Of a DNA stretch of 64,000 nucleotides, positions 28,124-37,706 are shown piece by piece (within the stretch, counting starts at the first letter, position 1; each line of letters begins with the position of its first letter). The stretch is from Pseudomonadota bacterium. Lineage in GTDB: Bacteria > UBA10199 > 2-02-FULL-44-16 > DYJF01. The stretch covers positions 79,094 through 143,093 of the forward strand of contig JBDRBB010000006.1 in the NCBI GenBank assembly GCA_043823065.1, in the 5' to 3' direction. A program made the position numbers and the translations under genes. The notes under the pieces are model-generated. The model did not search any database and had not been told where the DNA came from. It saw nothing but the letters and a program-made list of their open reading frames with translations.

Positions 28124-29261
28124 TCACGTCTCTAATAAAATCTGCGGCGCGCAGTAAACCTTTGGCCTCACCCACAATTCTTTCTGACAAAGGCAAGGTT
28201 TCGCGAATGCGATCACCTAGGCGATCATTTAGCTCGCGAATTTCCTGCAGGCGATGCTCTACGCGTTGAATGACGTGTTGTTCTAAGATATTTCTTTTAG
28301 CCAGAACTGTTTCCAGGCCTGGATTTGGTTCATTAAAAATAATTAAGGATTCATCTTCTTGCGGAATGTCGCGCACAAAAACTGGTCTGGCCAAAGCTGC
28401 ATCTGAACCACCTTCTTCGCTAGTATCTCCACCTGCATCTGCGCCAACTCCGCCATCTAAAACTCGGCCTAAATTTCCACCTGCTTCAGACTGATAAACA
28501 GCACCGCCCCGACTGGTTCTAGATGATCTGGAACTGCTGCGATCTGAGCCATCTTTCTCTGAATCTTGGCCTCGTCTTACATCTCTTGGTTCAGCGCTTT
28601 CGCCGCGCACTTGTGGTTGCGGCTGCACAAAACGAGAGGCAAATTCTGCTGCTCTGCTAGCATCTGGCTGCCTGGCTTCCTGAGGTAATCTAGGCTGCTC
28701 AGCAGATCTGGGCTGAGGTGTTGCTGGCCTATTTACTTGAGGTTGAGGTCTAGCTTGTGGCGCTCCTTGATTTGGAACTGGATTTGGATTTTGAGGCTGC
28801 ACAAAGTTTGGAGCTTGTTGCTGTTGATTGGGCAGCGTAGAATTATTGCCTGGTTGTATATCTGGCCGGGCCACAACTGCTTGTGGAGTGGCAGCCTGCT
28901 GGGCTGGTTGAAGAGCTCTGCCTCTAGCTGCTAACTGATTCAAACCTCTGGCTTGAGATTGCGCCTGACGCACTGCTTGTTCATTTCGTTTAGCTGCTTC
29001 TTGCTCAACCTCTGGTCGCGAGGCTTGCGTTTGGCGTTCTGGTTGTCTGGATTCAGGAGTGCGGCGCGCACTAATATCTGCAGCTCTGGCACGCTGGGCA
29101 GCACGTTCAGTTCTCTCTGCCCTGGAAAGATTAGTTACCATTTCCTTGGCCACAGTCCTTCTTTGTTCTATATGCTGATCATGGCGTTCTTCGCGGGCAC
29201 GTTCCAGACCTTGTTTTTCTTGCCAACCTTCAGCAAAATGATTTGAACCAACTTTAGACAT
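28104..29261 (-). CDS. 385-aa Gln/Arg/Pro-rich low-complexity protein, first gene of the three-gene minus-strand operon
   Basis: QPQNPNPVPNQGAPQARPQPQVNRPATPQPR region. C-terminal predicted folded segment LIIFNEPNPGLETVLAKRNILEQHV. No signal peptide or TM. Confidence 0.6.
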   Translation of the reverse strand: MSKVGSNHFAEGWQEKQGLERAREERHDQHIEQRRTVAKEMVTNLSRAERTERAAQRARAADISARRTPESRQPERQTQASRPEVEQEAAKRNEQAVRQAQSQARGLNQLAARGRALQPAQQAATPQAVVARPDIQPGNNSTLPNQQQQAPNFVQPQNPNPVPNQGAPQARPQPQVNRPATPQPRSAEQPRLPQEARQPDASRAAEFASRFVQPQPQVRGESAEPRDVRRGQDSEKDGSDRSSSRSSRTSRGGAVYQSEAGGNLGRVLDGGVGADAGGDTSEEGGSDAALARPVFVRDIPQEDESLIIFNEPNPGLETVLAKRNILEQHVIQRVEHRLQEIRELNDRLGDRIRETLPLSERIVGEAKGLLRAADFIRDVNGGVSA

Positions 29262-29289
29262 CTGGGAACTCTCCTCCCCGTTTATTAAT

Positions 29290-29317
29290 AACGTACAGCG
29301 TACAGCGCACAGCGTCT
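29290..29317. repeat. Tandem heptamer repeat (TACAGCG)n-like
   Basis: aacgtacagcgtacagcgcacagcgtct. A similar array lies inside the metH coding sequence at 4344-4378. Confidence 0.6.
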
Positions 29318-29755
29318 AATATTGCGTAACATATTAATATTACAAGACTTATTCATAGGTTAAGCCTCAAATAAGCCATTGTTTCGTCAATATATAATGC
29401 AAGCGAGAGGCCAAAATTAGAAATAAGGAGTCAGAAGACAGGAGTCATAATAAAAAACCTTAAAAGCAAGTAATAACAACTAGTTATACAGCGGAAAAAT
29501 CAGACGGAGCAAATTATCTTCATAAAAATAGCAAATAAGTCAAAATTTAGGGCTGAAATTGAGGAATGTAGTCTCCATCAATTAGCAGCTTAGATATGAT
29601 AGCCGCTTCCCTTATAATTTTTGCATAGAAGCAATAACAAGTAACTTGTTTCAGACTGCAAATAAAAAACCTGGATCGCCACGTCGCCCTCTGGGCTCCT
29701 CGCGATGACGCTCTCAGACCATTTCGATTTTCAACATTTAGAAAACTGAACTGAG

Positions 29756-29890
29756 TGCAACTAAGTGTTGCTTTGCGGCGTGCGAGCGAGCCATGACAGC
29801 AGCCTATATATTATGGCGAGCGAAGGACGCTTTCAAAATTTCTGGCGCGTGAGGAAATTTTGGATTTAGCAAAGCAATACTTAGTTGCAC
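29756..29890. promoter_or_regulatory. Long inverted repeat (22-bp arms, ~91-bp spacer) in the divergent intergenic region upstream of the ParA-like gene
   Basis: gtgcaactaagtgttgctttgc (29756-29777) pairs with gcaaagcaatacttagttgcac (29869-29890) with one mismatch. It could be an operator pair or a structured RNA. Confidence 0.45.
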
Positions 29891-30005
29891 GCAGTGTTTT
29901 CTCTCTTTACGCACTTTAAAAAAAATGATATTTTCAGTTTGCCTCTGGGACGAGACAATCATAAAAATTATTAGATCTTTAACAAATCCAAGTGGGAGGG
30001 GAGTC

Positions 30006-30968
30006 ATGACAGAGCATTATCAGACAGAAAATGAAAATCTATTTCTTGATCCAGAAGAGGTTGCAGAATTTGAAGATTGGGATAGCAAAGAAGAAGAGGC
30101 AACAGATGCAACTTCAACAGCAGTTGATGTAAAACCAGCCAAGAGCCAGGTGATTTGTGTAGCCAGCGGCAAAGGCGGTACTGGCAAGACCATGGTGGCA
30201 GCTAATTTGGCAGTCTCCCTGGCTAGAGAAGGGTTAAAAGTTCTTTTAATTGACGCTGATTTCAGTTTAGCCAATTCCCATCTTATTCTGGGTTTAGAAC
30301 CTGAATACGATGTATCTTCTGTTTTCACAGGTGAAAAAACAGTTTCAGAAATTATCATTCCTGGTCCGGGTGGATTAAGACTGGTTCCTGGTGGATCAGG
30401 TTTTAGTGAACTGGCCATGTTGGGCGATGAGAAATTTTTACAACTCATCCAAGGCTTAAAAGATTTGGAAGAAGAATCTGATATAATTTTAGTAGATCTG
30501 CCAGCTGGCATTAATCCTCAAGTCATGTGTCTTTTAAATGCTGCTCATGAAATCATTGTGGTCACCACTCCAGAAGTTACTTCTTTGGTAGATGCTTATG
30601 CGTTGATTAAGTCCTTAACCAGAATGACCGACAAAGTATCTCCTCAAATCATAATTAATCGCGCCAAAGATAAAGCCAGGGCCATGGTGGCTTTTCAAAA
30701 GATTTTTAGCGTAACCAACAAACACTTAAACGGCAAAGTATCTCCAAAATTATTAGGCTGGGTACCGCAGAATTGGTATGTACTGAATTCAGTGGCAGCC
30801 AGAAAACCATTGGTACTGCGTCATCCCCAGTGTTTTGCCACAGCCTGCATGGAAATGATTGCCGCCAAAGTCTTAAGACGGCATGTTAAGTGGCTAGATC
30901 AACAAGCAGAAAGTTTAATTTATCCATCATACTTTGGGAAACTAGAAGAAATTGTCTATGGACGCTAA
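30006..30968 (+). CDS. ParA/MinD-family P-loop ATPase (deviant Walker A) with an acidic N-terminal extension
   Basis: VICVASGKGGTGKTMVAANLA (KGGxGKT), LLIDADF, ILVDLPAG Walker B-like. Start MTEHYQTENENLFLDPEEVAEFEDWDSKEEE preceded by a GGGAGGGGA ribosome-binding site. Divergent from the 385/575/500-aa operon. Confidence 0.8.
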   Translation: MTEHYQTENENLFLDPEEVAEFEDWDSKEEEATDATSTAVDVKPAKSQVICVASGKGGTGKTMVAANLAVSLAREGLKVLLIDADFSLANSHLILGLEPEYDVSSVFTGEKTVSEIIIPGPGGLRLVPGGSGFSELAMLGDEKFLQLIQGLKDLEEESDIILVDLPAGINPQVMCLLNAAHEIIVVTTPEVTSLVDAYALIKSLTRMTDKVSPQIIINRAKDKARAMVAFQKIFSVTNKHLNGKVSPKLLGWVPQNWYVLNSVAARKPLVLRHPQCFATACMEMIAAKVLRRHVKWLDQQAESLIYPSYFGKLEEIVYGR

Positions 30969-31626
30969 TTACAAGGCGGGTAGACAACTGAATAAGTTTA
31001 TTAACAGACCTCAGCGGCGGAACATTTTCAATGCTCCGCTTACGGAGATTATTCATCTTCTCAAACAGAACCCCAAGGTAATTGATCCGGAAATACACCC
31101 CATTGATGCTGATCTATTCATACCCAATATAGGTGAAATAGATATAGTAGGAGTTGACGCAAATCATTTAGTTATGGTCAGTACTTTTATCGATATCAGG
31201 GAAGATCACCTGCGCAAAGCTGCTAACATTAATCAATGGGTGTTTGAAAACTTAAGCGTGTTAAAACAGACTTATGCTACCAAAGGATTGTCTCATAATT
31301 TTACGCCGCGTATCATCTTGCTTTGCGCTAGAGTACATCCCAGCGCTAATCCTTTATTGCCTTTTATCTCAGATCTTCCGTTAGAAGTTTTCCGCTATCA
31401 ATATTTTAAGAATGAAACAAACCGTTATTTAGAACTGACCAAGGTAGAGCCAAATCAAAATAGAATAAAAACTGCCAGCTCTCCTTTATTTACTAAGCTA
31501 CCCACCAGAAAAGATGTTGAGCTCACTGCTGAAGAACTAGGCGCCTTTTATGAAGCTGCAGCTGAGCTGGAAGGTGAGGCAGAAGCTGCCCCGGCACTTG
31601 ATTTTGATGGTCCGTATTTTAATTAA
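30952..31626 (+). CDS. 224-aa hypothetical protein, translationally coupled to the ParA-like gene (17-nt overlap)
   Basis: Segment DADLFIPNIGEIDIVGVDANHLVMVSTFIDIRED weakly resembles a PD-(D/E)xK / DUF91-like core strand. Acidic C-terminal tail AAAELEGEAEAAPALDFDGPYFN. Confidence 0.45.
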   Translation: MSMDANYKAGRQLNKFINRPQRRNIFNAPLTEIIHLLKQNPKVIDPEIHPIDADLFIPNIGEIDIVGVDANHLVMVSTFIDIREDHLRKAANINQWVFENLSVLKQTYATKGLSHNFTPRIILLCARVHPSANPLLPFISDLPLEVFRYQYFKNETNRYLELTKVEPNQNRIKTASSPLFTKLPTRKDVELTAEELGAFYEAAAELEGEAEAAPALDFDGPYFN

Positions 31627-31628
31627 AC

Positions 31629-32372
31629 TCACTTTTCTAAAAACGGTTTAAACAAATCAATGGGTATTGGAAACAAAGTAGTTGTGTTATTTTCACTAGC
31701 TACTTCCCTTAAGGTTTGCAAATAGCGCATTTGCAAGGCCATGGGATGGCCACCCATCAGCTTGGCTGCTTCCACCAATTTTTCCGCAGCTTGAAATTCA
31801 CCCAAAGCATTGATTATCTTGGCCCGTCGTTCGCGCTCTGCTTCAGCTTGCCTAGCCATGGCCCTTTTTAGTTCCTCAGTGATATCCACATGCTTTACTT
31901 CCACATTAGCAACTTTAATACCCCAGGGATCTGTTTGTTTATCCAAGATTTCCTGAATCTGCTCATTAATTTCTTCTCGTTTAGACAAGAGCTCATCAAG
32001 CTCTCTTTGACCAATTACGCTTCTTAAAGTTGTTTGCGCCATTTGGCTAGTGGCAAAACCATAGTCTTGCACCTCAATCACTGCTTTGTTTGCCTCTAAA
32101 ACTCTAAAATAGACAACAGCATTAACCTGCACTGAAACATTGTCTTTGGTTATAATATCTTGCGGTGGCACATCCAGGGCAAGTAAACGCAAACTCACAC
32201 GCACCATGCGGTCAATGGGTTTAAACACAAAAATAATACCTGGCCCTTTTGGTTCTGGCAAAACCCGACCTAAGCGAAAAATTACGCCACGCTCATATTC
32301 ATTTAAAATTTTGATGCAAGATAAAAGATACAAAACCAAAAAAGTGATTATAACTATCCAAGGTAATGGCAT
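31629..32372 (-). CDS. SPFH / band-7 (stomatin/prohibitin-like) family membrane protein
   Basis: N-terminal [13 protein letters not shown]...[33 protein letters not shown] (band 7 signature), C-terminal coiled-coil. Confidence 0.8.
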   Translation of the reverse strand: MPLPWIVIITFLVLYLLSCIKILNEYERGVIFRLGRVLPEPKGPGIIFVFKPIDRMVRVSLRLLALDVPPQDIITKDNVSVQVNAVVYFRVLEANKAVIEVQDYGFATSQMAQTTLRSVIGQRELDELLSKREEINEQIQEILDKQTDPWGIKVANVEVKHVDITEELKRAMARQAEAERERRAKIINALGEFQAAEKLVEAAKLMGGHPMALQMRYLQTLREVASENNTTTLFPIPIDLFKPFLEK

Positions 32373-32373
32373 A

Positions 32374-33123
32374 TCAACCTCCTCTTAAAGTTTTCTTTAT
32401 CGCAAATAGATTTGTATCCCATCCCAAACTTGAAATAGCCTCAGTTAAAGGAATTTCTTTGGGGCAAACTTTTGCACAATTGCCACTATTGTTACAATCA
32501 GCAATTCCACTCACTCCCATTAGTGATTCTAAACGCTGGGGAGTATTTATTTTTCCCAAAGGATGCAAATTAAGCAAATAGACCTGGCCCAAGGCGTGTG
32601 CACCCAAATAATCTGATCTAAAATTATATTGGGGGCAAGCTTCCAGGCAAGCCCCGCACATAATGCATCTAGAAAAAATATAGGCATGCTGCTGCTTGGC
32701 AAAAGACATCTGGGGCGCTTCGCCTAAATCATAATAACCATCAAGAACCACCCACGCGCTAATCTTTTTTAAGGCCGCAAATATTTTGCTGCGATCAACA
32801 TGCAAATCCCTAACTGTTGGAAATTTACTTAAGGGTTCTAGCACAATGGGCTGATCCAGTTTATCTATTAAGCTCGAACAAGCCTGCCTAACTTTGCCGT
32901 TAATAATCATGGTGCATGAACCACAAACTTCTTCTAGACAAGAGCATTCCCAAACCACTGGCTTGGTGGCAATACCTTCAGCTGTTACTGGATTTAAGCG
33001 AATGGCCTGCAAGGCCATAACCACATTTTGGCGCGGCTGATAAGGGACCAGAAACTCTTCCCAATACGGCAAGTCTTCTGGGCTATCTTGGCGTCTAATT
33101 TTTAAGTGTACTTGTTTCATCAA
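32374..33123 (-). CDS. sdhB: Succinate dehydrogenase / fumarate reductase iron-sulfur subunit
   Basis: 2Fe-2S Cys cluster [11 protein letters not shown], then CIMCGAC...CP and CAKVCP 4Fe-4S/3Fe-4S motifs. Confidence 0.85.
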   Translation of the reverse strand: MMKQVHLKIRRQDSPEDLPYWEEFLVPYQPRQNVVMALQAIRLNPVTAEGIATKPVVWECSCLEEVCGSCTMIINGKVRQACSSLIDKLDQPIVLEPLSKFPTVRDLHVDRSKIFAALKKISAWVVLDGYYDLGEAPQMSFAKQQHAYIFSRCIMCGACLEACPQYNFRSDYLGAHALGQVYLLNLHPLGKINTPQRLESLMGVSGIADCNNSGNCAKVCPKEIPLTEAISSLGWDTNLFAIKKTLRGG

Positions 33124-34856
33124 TATTTTCTTTCAATCAGTTGAACATCTGAAATTTCCACTTTTTCACTATAATCAAATTCCGGACCCTTGGTTGTATA
33201 TTTGGCCTTGGTTATTTTTAACCAATTTTTATCATCGCGCTCTGGAAATTCTGGTCTATAATGCGCCCCTCTGCTTTCTTGGCGATTTTGCGCAGCACGT
33301 ACAATCAAACGAGCCAACTCCAATTGGTTATATAGTTTGCGCATGAAAAAAAGCTCTTCATTGTTCCAGAAACCTTGATCCAAAATAAAACTTTTACCAA
33401 ATCGTTCTTCCAGTTCGGTAATTTTGTCATCTGCTTTTTCCAGACCAGCATTATCTCTCACAATAAAAACATGTCTAGCCAAGGTTCTGGCTAATTCCTG
33501 TTTGATCTGATGGGGATTTTCCGAACCAGACATAGCCATAATTTGTTTATTGATATCTTCCTGTTTAGTGCGTTCTGCTTCTAAAATTGAAACTGAAATA
33601 AGCTCGGCATTTTTTTCTAACCCTTCAGCATAGGCTAATGCCGCTTGGCTAGCCACTTGACCACCATAAATAACTGAAATCAAAGCGTTGCCACCTAAAC
33701 AATTGGCGCCATGATATTGATAATTGCATTCACCTGCAGCAAATAAACCAGCAATATTGGTGCGCTGCTCGAAATCTACCCAAAGCCCACCCATAGTATA
33801 ATGAACTGCTGGATAAATTCTCATGGGAACTTTTCTGGGATCTTCTCCTACAAATTTTTGATATGTATCTACTACTGCCATTAAATTTTGCTTGATAATT
33901 TTGGGATTGAGCTGGGTTAAATCTAGATAAACCACATTTTCACCATCAACACCCAATTTCATTTCATGAATAACTTTGAAAATGGCACGAGCAGCAATAT
34001 CTCTGGGGACCAAATTCCCCAATTCCGGATACCATTCTTCTAAAAAATACCAGGGCTTACCATCTTTAAAAGTCCAGACTCGTCCACCTTCGCTACGCGC
34101 GCCTTCAGAAATTACACGCATCTTGTCTTGACCAGGAATGGTTGTAGGATGAAACTGAATAAACTCAGGATTGGCAAATATTGCTCCCTGACGATAGGCT
34201 TGGGTGCTTGCCGCGCCAGTGCAATGAAGGGAAGTTGTGGCATATTGAAAAATTTCGCCAAAACCACCAGTGCACATAATTACAGCATCTGAAGCGAACA
34301 CCACTACTTCTAAAGAATTTCTATCAATGGCCACAATGCCTCGGCAAATTCCTGAATCATCTCTAACCAAAGAAGCAAATTCCCAGTTTTCAAATTTAGT
34401 AACTTTCCCCTCAACTTCAAATTTACGCAATTGGTCATCCAAAGCATACAAGATTTGCTGACCGGTTGTGGAACCAGCAAAACAGGCCCGTTTCTTTTTC
34501 ACGCCAGCCAGCTGACGTTGATCTATTAATCCTTCTGAGGTACGGTTAAACATCACTCCCATTCTAGCCAACAAGCGCACAATTCCTGGAGCAGCTCTGC
34601 ACATTTTTTGAATTGGAACTTGATGGGCTAAAAAATCTCCACCTAAAATAGTATCATAAATATGCTGTTCTATAGAATCTTGCTGGCCCTTGGTATTAAG
34701 CACAGCATTAATACCGCCTGCCGCACAAACCGATGGAGAGCGCCGAAAATGTTGAGCTGAAAAAATGGCAACCTCTGCCCCAGCTTCTAAAGCTTTTAGA
34801 GCTGCCATCTGGCCTGCCAATCCGCCGCCAACTATGATTAGTTTTGGTTTAGTCAT
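33120..34856 (-). CDS. sdhA: Succinate dehydrogenase / fumarate reductase flavoprotein subunit
   Basis: FAD-binding N-terminus IIVGGGLAGQMAAL. SdhA/FrdA collinear (RSHTVAAEGGINA-like SAQHFRRSPSVCAAGGINAV, HYTMGG). Confidence 0.9.
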   Translation of the reverse strand: MTKPKLIIVGGGLAGQMAALKALEAGAEVAIFSAQHFRRSPSVCAAGGINAVLNTKGQQDSIEQHIYDTILGGDFLAHQVPIQKMCRAAPGIVRLLARMGVMFNRTSEGLIDQRQLAGVKKKRACFAGSTTGQQILYALDDQLRKFEVEGKVTKFENWEFASLVRDDSGICRGIVAIDRNSLEVVVFASDAVIMCTGGFGEIFQYATTSLHCTGAASTQAYRQGAIFANPEFIQFHPTTIPGQDKMRVISEGARSEGGRVWTFKDGKPWYFLEEWYPELGNLVPRDIAARAIFKVIHEMKLGVDGENVVYLDLTQLNPKIIKQNLMAVVDTYQKFVGEDPRKVPMRIYPAVHYTMGGLWVDFEQRTNIAGLFAAGECNYQYHGANCLGGNALISVIYGGQVASQAALAYAEGLEKNAELISVSILEAERTKQEDINKQIMAMSGSENPHQIKQELARTLARHVFIVRDNAGLEKADDKITELEERFGKSFILDQGFWNNEELFFMRKLYNQLELARLIVRAAQNRQESRGAHYRPEFPERDDKNWLKITKAKYTTKGPEFDYSEKVEISDVQLIERKY

Positions 34857-34889
34857 TTTATCGTCTGTCGTCTTTCGTACGTCATTAAT

Positions 34890-35411
34890 TTATAATATTA
34901 TTAACGACCAAAATGTTAAACAAAGCATAATTGCCCAAGATATAATGGTCATTCCCTTTTGGGAAGCATTACTCACAGTTATTCCCCAAGAGGCTAAAGC
35001 ATTGGTCAGACCATTGGCAAAATGAATTGCTACACTCACCATACCAATTACATAAAAAATCTTGGCCCCTAAAGAGCTAAAATATTGTCCCAAGTTGGCA
35101 TAATCATGACGGCCAATATTCCACAGATAATAAGTAATAAATATAAAAGAAAAAAAAGTGGTGATGATTTGTAAAAAATATAGCCAATTTTGATAATAGG
35201 GATAAGCTATAATATTTACGGAACATTTATAAATAAATAAGAGGCTCAAAAGAAAATAGATAAAAAGCGCGACTTCCAGGGCAATTAATTCAAAGGTCCA
35301 AACTTTTGGAAAAAGATGGGAGGAACTTAAAAAGAAATGCAGGCCAAGAAAATAGCCATAAACCAAAATATTTAAGATGGAATGAAAGCGACGTAATAGA
35401 AAATAGTCCAT
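34890..35411 (-). CDS. sdhC: Succinate dehydrogenase / fumarate reductase cytochrome b membrane subunit (probable)
   Basis: Five-TM hydrophobic protein with conserved His residues, located upstream of sdhA and sdhB in one operon. Confidence 0.6.
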   Translation of the reverse strand: MDYFLLRRFHSILNILVYGYFLGLHFFLSSSHLFPKVWTFELIALEVALFIYFLLSLLFIYKCSVNIIAYPYYQNWLYFLQIITTFFSFIFITYYLWNIGRHDYANLGQYFSSLGAKIFYVIGMVSVAIHFANGLTNALASWGITVSNASQKGMTIISWAIMLCLTFWSLIIL

Positions 35412-35507
35412 TAATCTCCCCTATTAACGCGAACATAACTAAATCAGAGCTAAGAAGCAAGACCTTTACCTGCACCCAGGTTATTGTTATAATACAGTCA
35501 ATTTTTT

Positions 35508-36572
35508 ATGAAAAAAATATTAATTATACTAATTGCGGTCTTGCTGGTTGGATTTAGCATTAAGACCTATTTTGGTTTTAAGGCTGCCAACCAGTTTTTT
35601 AAGGAAAAAAAAGAGAATTTTTTTGGTCTGAAATTTAAGGTAGATAAAATTCGCTTGGATTGGCTACGCACCCGCATTGTTCTCCTTAATGTTAATATTC
35701 ATCCTGCTGGCAATAAATCCAGTTATCCGCTTGCTTCAGCTAAAAAAGTGATTTTTGATCTTTCTCCCTTTAAACTTATTCATAAGCAATTTTATGTCAC
35801 TAAAATAATTTTTGAAAAACCAAAATCTTCTTATATAGAATATTCTGCGCAAAAAGCTAACTGGGACGCCTTAAATTTAAGCGAGTTGGATGAAAACAGT
35901 TCAAGCAAAGGCAGTGATTGGCAAATTATAATCGACAAAATTGTAATTAAAGACGGCAATTTCAAATATCGCAGCCTTGTTGATCGTAGTCGCTTAGAAC
36001 TTAATCAGGTGGAAGCAACTATAACTAATATAGTTTCTGAACCTAATCCCCAAAAATTGCCTAGTAAGATTTCTTTTAAGTCGCAAGTGGGACGAACCAA
36101 AGGCGAACTAAATATTAGTGGCCGAGCAAATTTTTTAGCCGAAGGCATTAATTTTAAGCTAAAAGCCAGGCTTTCAGAAATGCCAGTTACTTATTTTTAT
36201 CCGTTTTATGCCGGGCAAATTCCATTTACGATTCAGAGAGGAAAAATATCTGGTAGCAGTGATGCTACTTCTGTGAAAAGTAATTTTATCTCCTATAATA
36301 ATATTGTGCTCAAAGATTTAAAAACTGGTGGGCTTAAAGGAAAGCTGGTTAATGCTTTGGTGCTAAAAAATAATAACCGTTTGAAAATAAAAGCTAGCGC
36401 CAAAGGCAATTTAGAAGAAGGCAATATCACCATTGGTTCAGCCACAACCAGAGCCATCTCAGATCAAATTTTGGCTCAAGCCATGAAGCAAACCGCTATT
36501 GGCAAGACTGGTACCAAGGTTAAGGAAACAGGCAAAAACATTAAACGTAAAATCACCAACATCTTTCGCTAG
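35508..36572 (+). CDS. N-terminally membrane-anchored beta-rich protein (possibly DUF748/AsmA-like), function unknown
   Basis: MKKILIILIAVLLVGF TM anchor, Lys-rich beta-strand-like repeats. Confidence 0.4.
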   Translation: MKKILIILIAVLLVGFSIKTYFGFKAANQFFKEKKENFFGLKFKVDKIRLDWLRTRIVLLNVNIHPAGNKSSYPLASAKKVIFDLSPFKLIHKQFYVTKIIFEKPKSSYIEYSAQKANWDALNLSELDENSSSKGSDWQIIIDKIVIKDGNFKYRSLVDRSRLELNQVEATITNIVSEPNPQKLPSKISFKSQVGRTKGELNISGRANFLAEGINFKLKARLSEMPVTYFYPFYAGQIPFTIQRGKISGSSDATSVKSNFISYNNIVLKDLKTGGLKGKLVNALVLKNNNRLKIKASAKGNLEEGNITIGSATTRAISDQILAQAMKQTAIGKTGTKVKETGKNIKRKITNIFR

Positions 36573-36633
36573 GGACAGGTTTTTGAGTTGACAATCAGGG
36601 CCTAAAAGTGTTCTAAATCGCAGACTTAAATCT

Positions 36634-36705
36634 GGGCGATTAGCTCAGCGGGAGAGCGCTTGCTTTACACGCAAGATGTCACAGGTTCAATCCCTGTATC
36701 GCCCA
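36634..36705 (+). tRNA. tRNA-Val (anticodon TAC)
   Basis: GGGCGATTAGCTCAGCGGGAGAGCG...CTTGC-TTTACAC-GCAAG anticodon arm, T-arm GGTTCAATCC, acceptor GGGCGAT/ATCGCCC. CCA not encoded. Confidence 0.9.
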
Positions 36706-36750
36706 CATAAAACAGTTTAAAGTTGAAAGATTAAAGTTTTTTGTATAAGT

Positions 36751-36840
36751 TGTCGTTCCTGGTAAGCTTGTCATTCCCGCGAAAGCGGGAATCTACAGTG
36801 TTTAAATGGTCTGGATCCCTGCTTTCGCAGGGATGACAAC
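36751..36840. repeat. Inverted-repeat element between the tRNA genes (GTCATTCCCGCGAAAGCGGGAATC ... GATCCCTGCTTTCGCAGGGATGAC)
   Basis: Variant of the GTCATT...AATGAC family. Related copies at 49162-49269. Confidence 0.75.
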
Positions 36841-36856
36841 ATAAGGTGCTGTAAGC

Positions 36857-36930
36857 GGGGACGTAGATCAATTGGTTAGATCGCCGCCCTGTCACGGCGG
36901 AGGTTGCGAGTTCGAGCCTCGTCGTCCCCG
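36857..36930 (+). tRNA. tRNA-Asp (anticodon GTC)
   Basis: GGGGACGTAGATCAATTGGTTAGATCGCCGCCCTGTCACGGCGGAGGTTGCGAGTTCGAGCCTCGTCGTCCCCG. Anticodon loop CTGTCAC. Confidence 0.9.
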
Positions 36931-36949
36931 CTCACAGCATTTAACCTTT

Positions 36950-36977
36950 AAGGTCGCAATTTGCGACCTTTTTTTAT
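36950..36977. terminator. Bidirectional Rho-independent terminator (AAGGTCGCAATTTGCGACCTTTTTTT)
   Basis: 8-bp GC-containing stem, T tract on plus and A tract on minus. Lies between tRNA-Asp and the convergent 210-aa gene. Confidence 0.6.
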
Positions 36978-37606
36978 TCCAATTGCTGGGAAAACCAGCC
37001 GCCAGTGAGGGCATCTAAATTAGCGGTTTCTTGCTCAAAAGTGATTTGTTTTAAAAAGAGTTGATGTTTAAGTTTAGGGTTGTTTTTTTGCTGTTGGTTG
37101 GCTTGGCTTAAAATTGCTATTTCACCCAGAAGTTTTTTTCTTTCATAATAATGTTTATTTACAATTTCCAAGAGCAGATTGCGTTCGCGCATAATTTTCA
37201 AAGCCTGTTGGGAAACAGCCAAAGAATCTCGGCTAAATAGTAATTCATTGAGCGACCACACAGCCCGCACACCAAAACTCTGATATAAATCTGAGCCTTC
37301 GCTGTAGCCACTTTCTTCAGGACCGACCACAATGCCGCTTGAGCCAACATAGACATTATCATCTATATTTACATCTACCAAATTTTTGACCCGATGGGAA
37401 TAATCTGCCTGAAACCTGGGTAGCAAGGCTGAAATCCTGGCTCGTTTCTTCCACTTCTGAGGTTCTTGATTGTCAAAGCCAGCATAGTTAAGCGCCTGCT
37501 GCTGCACCTGCCCAATTGGCGGAGCTTCAGCAAAATCTGGCTGGGCTGAGATTAAACCCAAAATAGCAAAAATGATCATAAGCATATTGCTCCAAATACA
37601 TAGCAA
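36974..37606 (-). CDS. Secreted hypothetical protein (signal peptide)
   Basis: MLMIIFAILGLISAQPDFAEAPP signal peptide. Downstream partner of the 635-aa gene. Confidence 0.5.
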   Translation of the reverse strand: MLCIWSNMLMIIFAILGLISAQPDFAEAPPIGQVQQQALNYAGFDNQEPQKWKKRARISALLPRFQADYSHRVKNLVDVNIDDNVYVGSSGIVVGPEESGYSEGSDLYQSFGVRAVWSLNELLFSRDSLAVSQQALKIMRERNLLLEIVNKHYYERKKLLGEIAILSQANQQQKNNPKLKHQLFLKQITFEQETANLDALTGGWFSQQLE

Positions 37607-37706
37607 GGCTTATGCCATTTATCAGATCTATATTTTTTAAGGAGTTATAAATTTAGGAAATTTTTTGCTGCTCAATTTTGGGACACAACTGACGAAAATA
37701 AAGCAA

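Noticed and set aside
29804-30007. 67-aa minus-strand ORF in the intergenic region upstream of the ParA-like gene
   Set aside because: It lies across the inverted-repeat spacer with no ribosome-binding site. More likely this is non-coding regulatory sequence.
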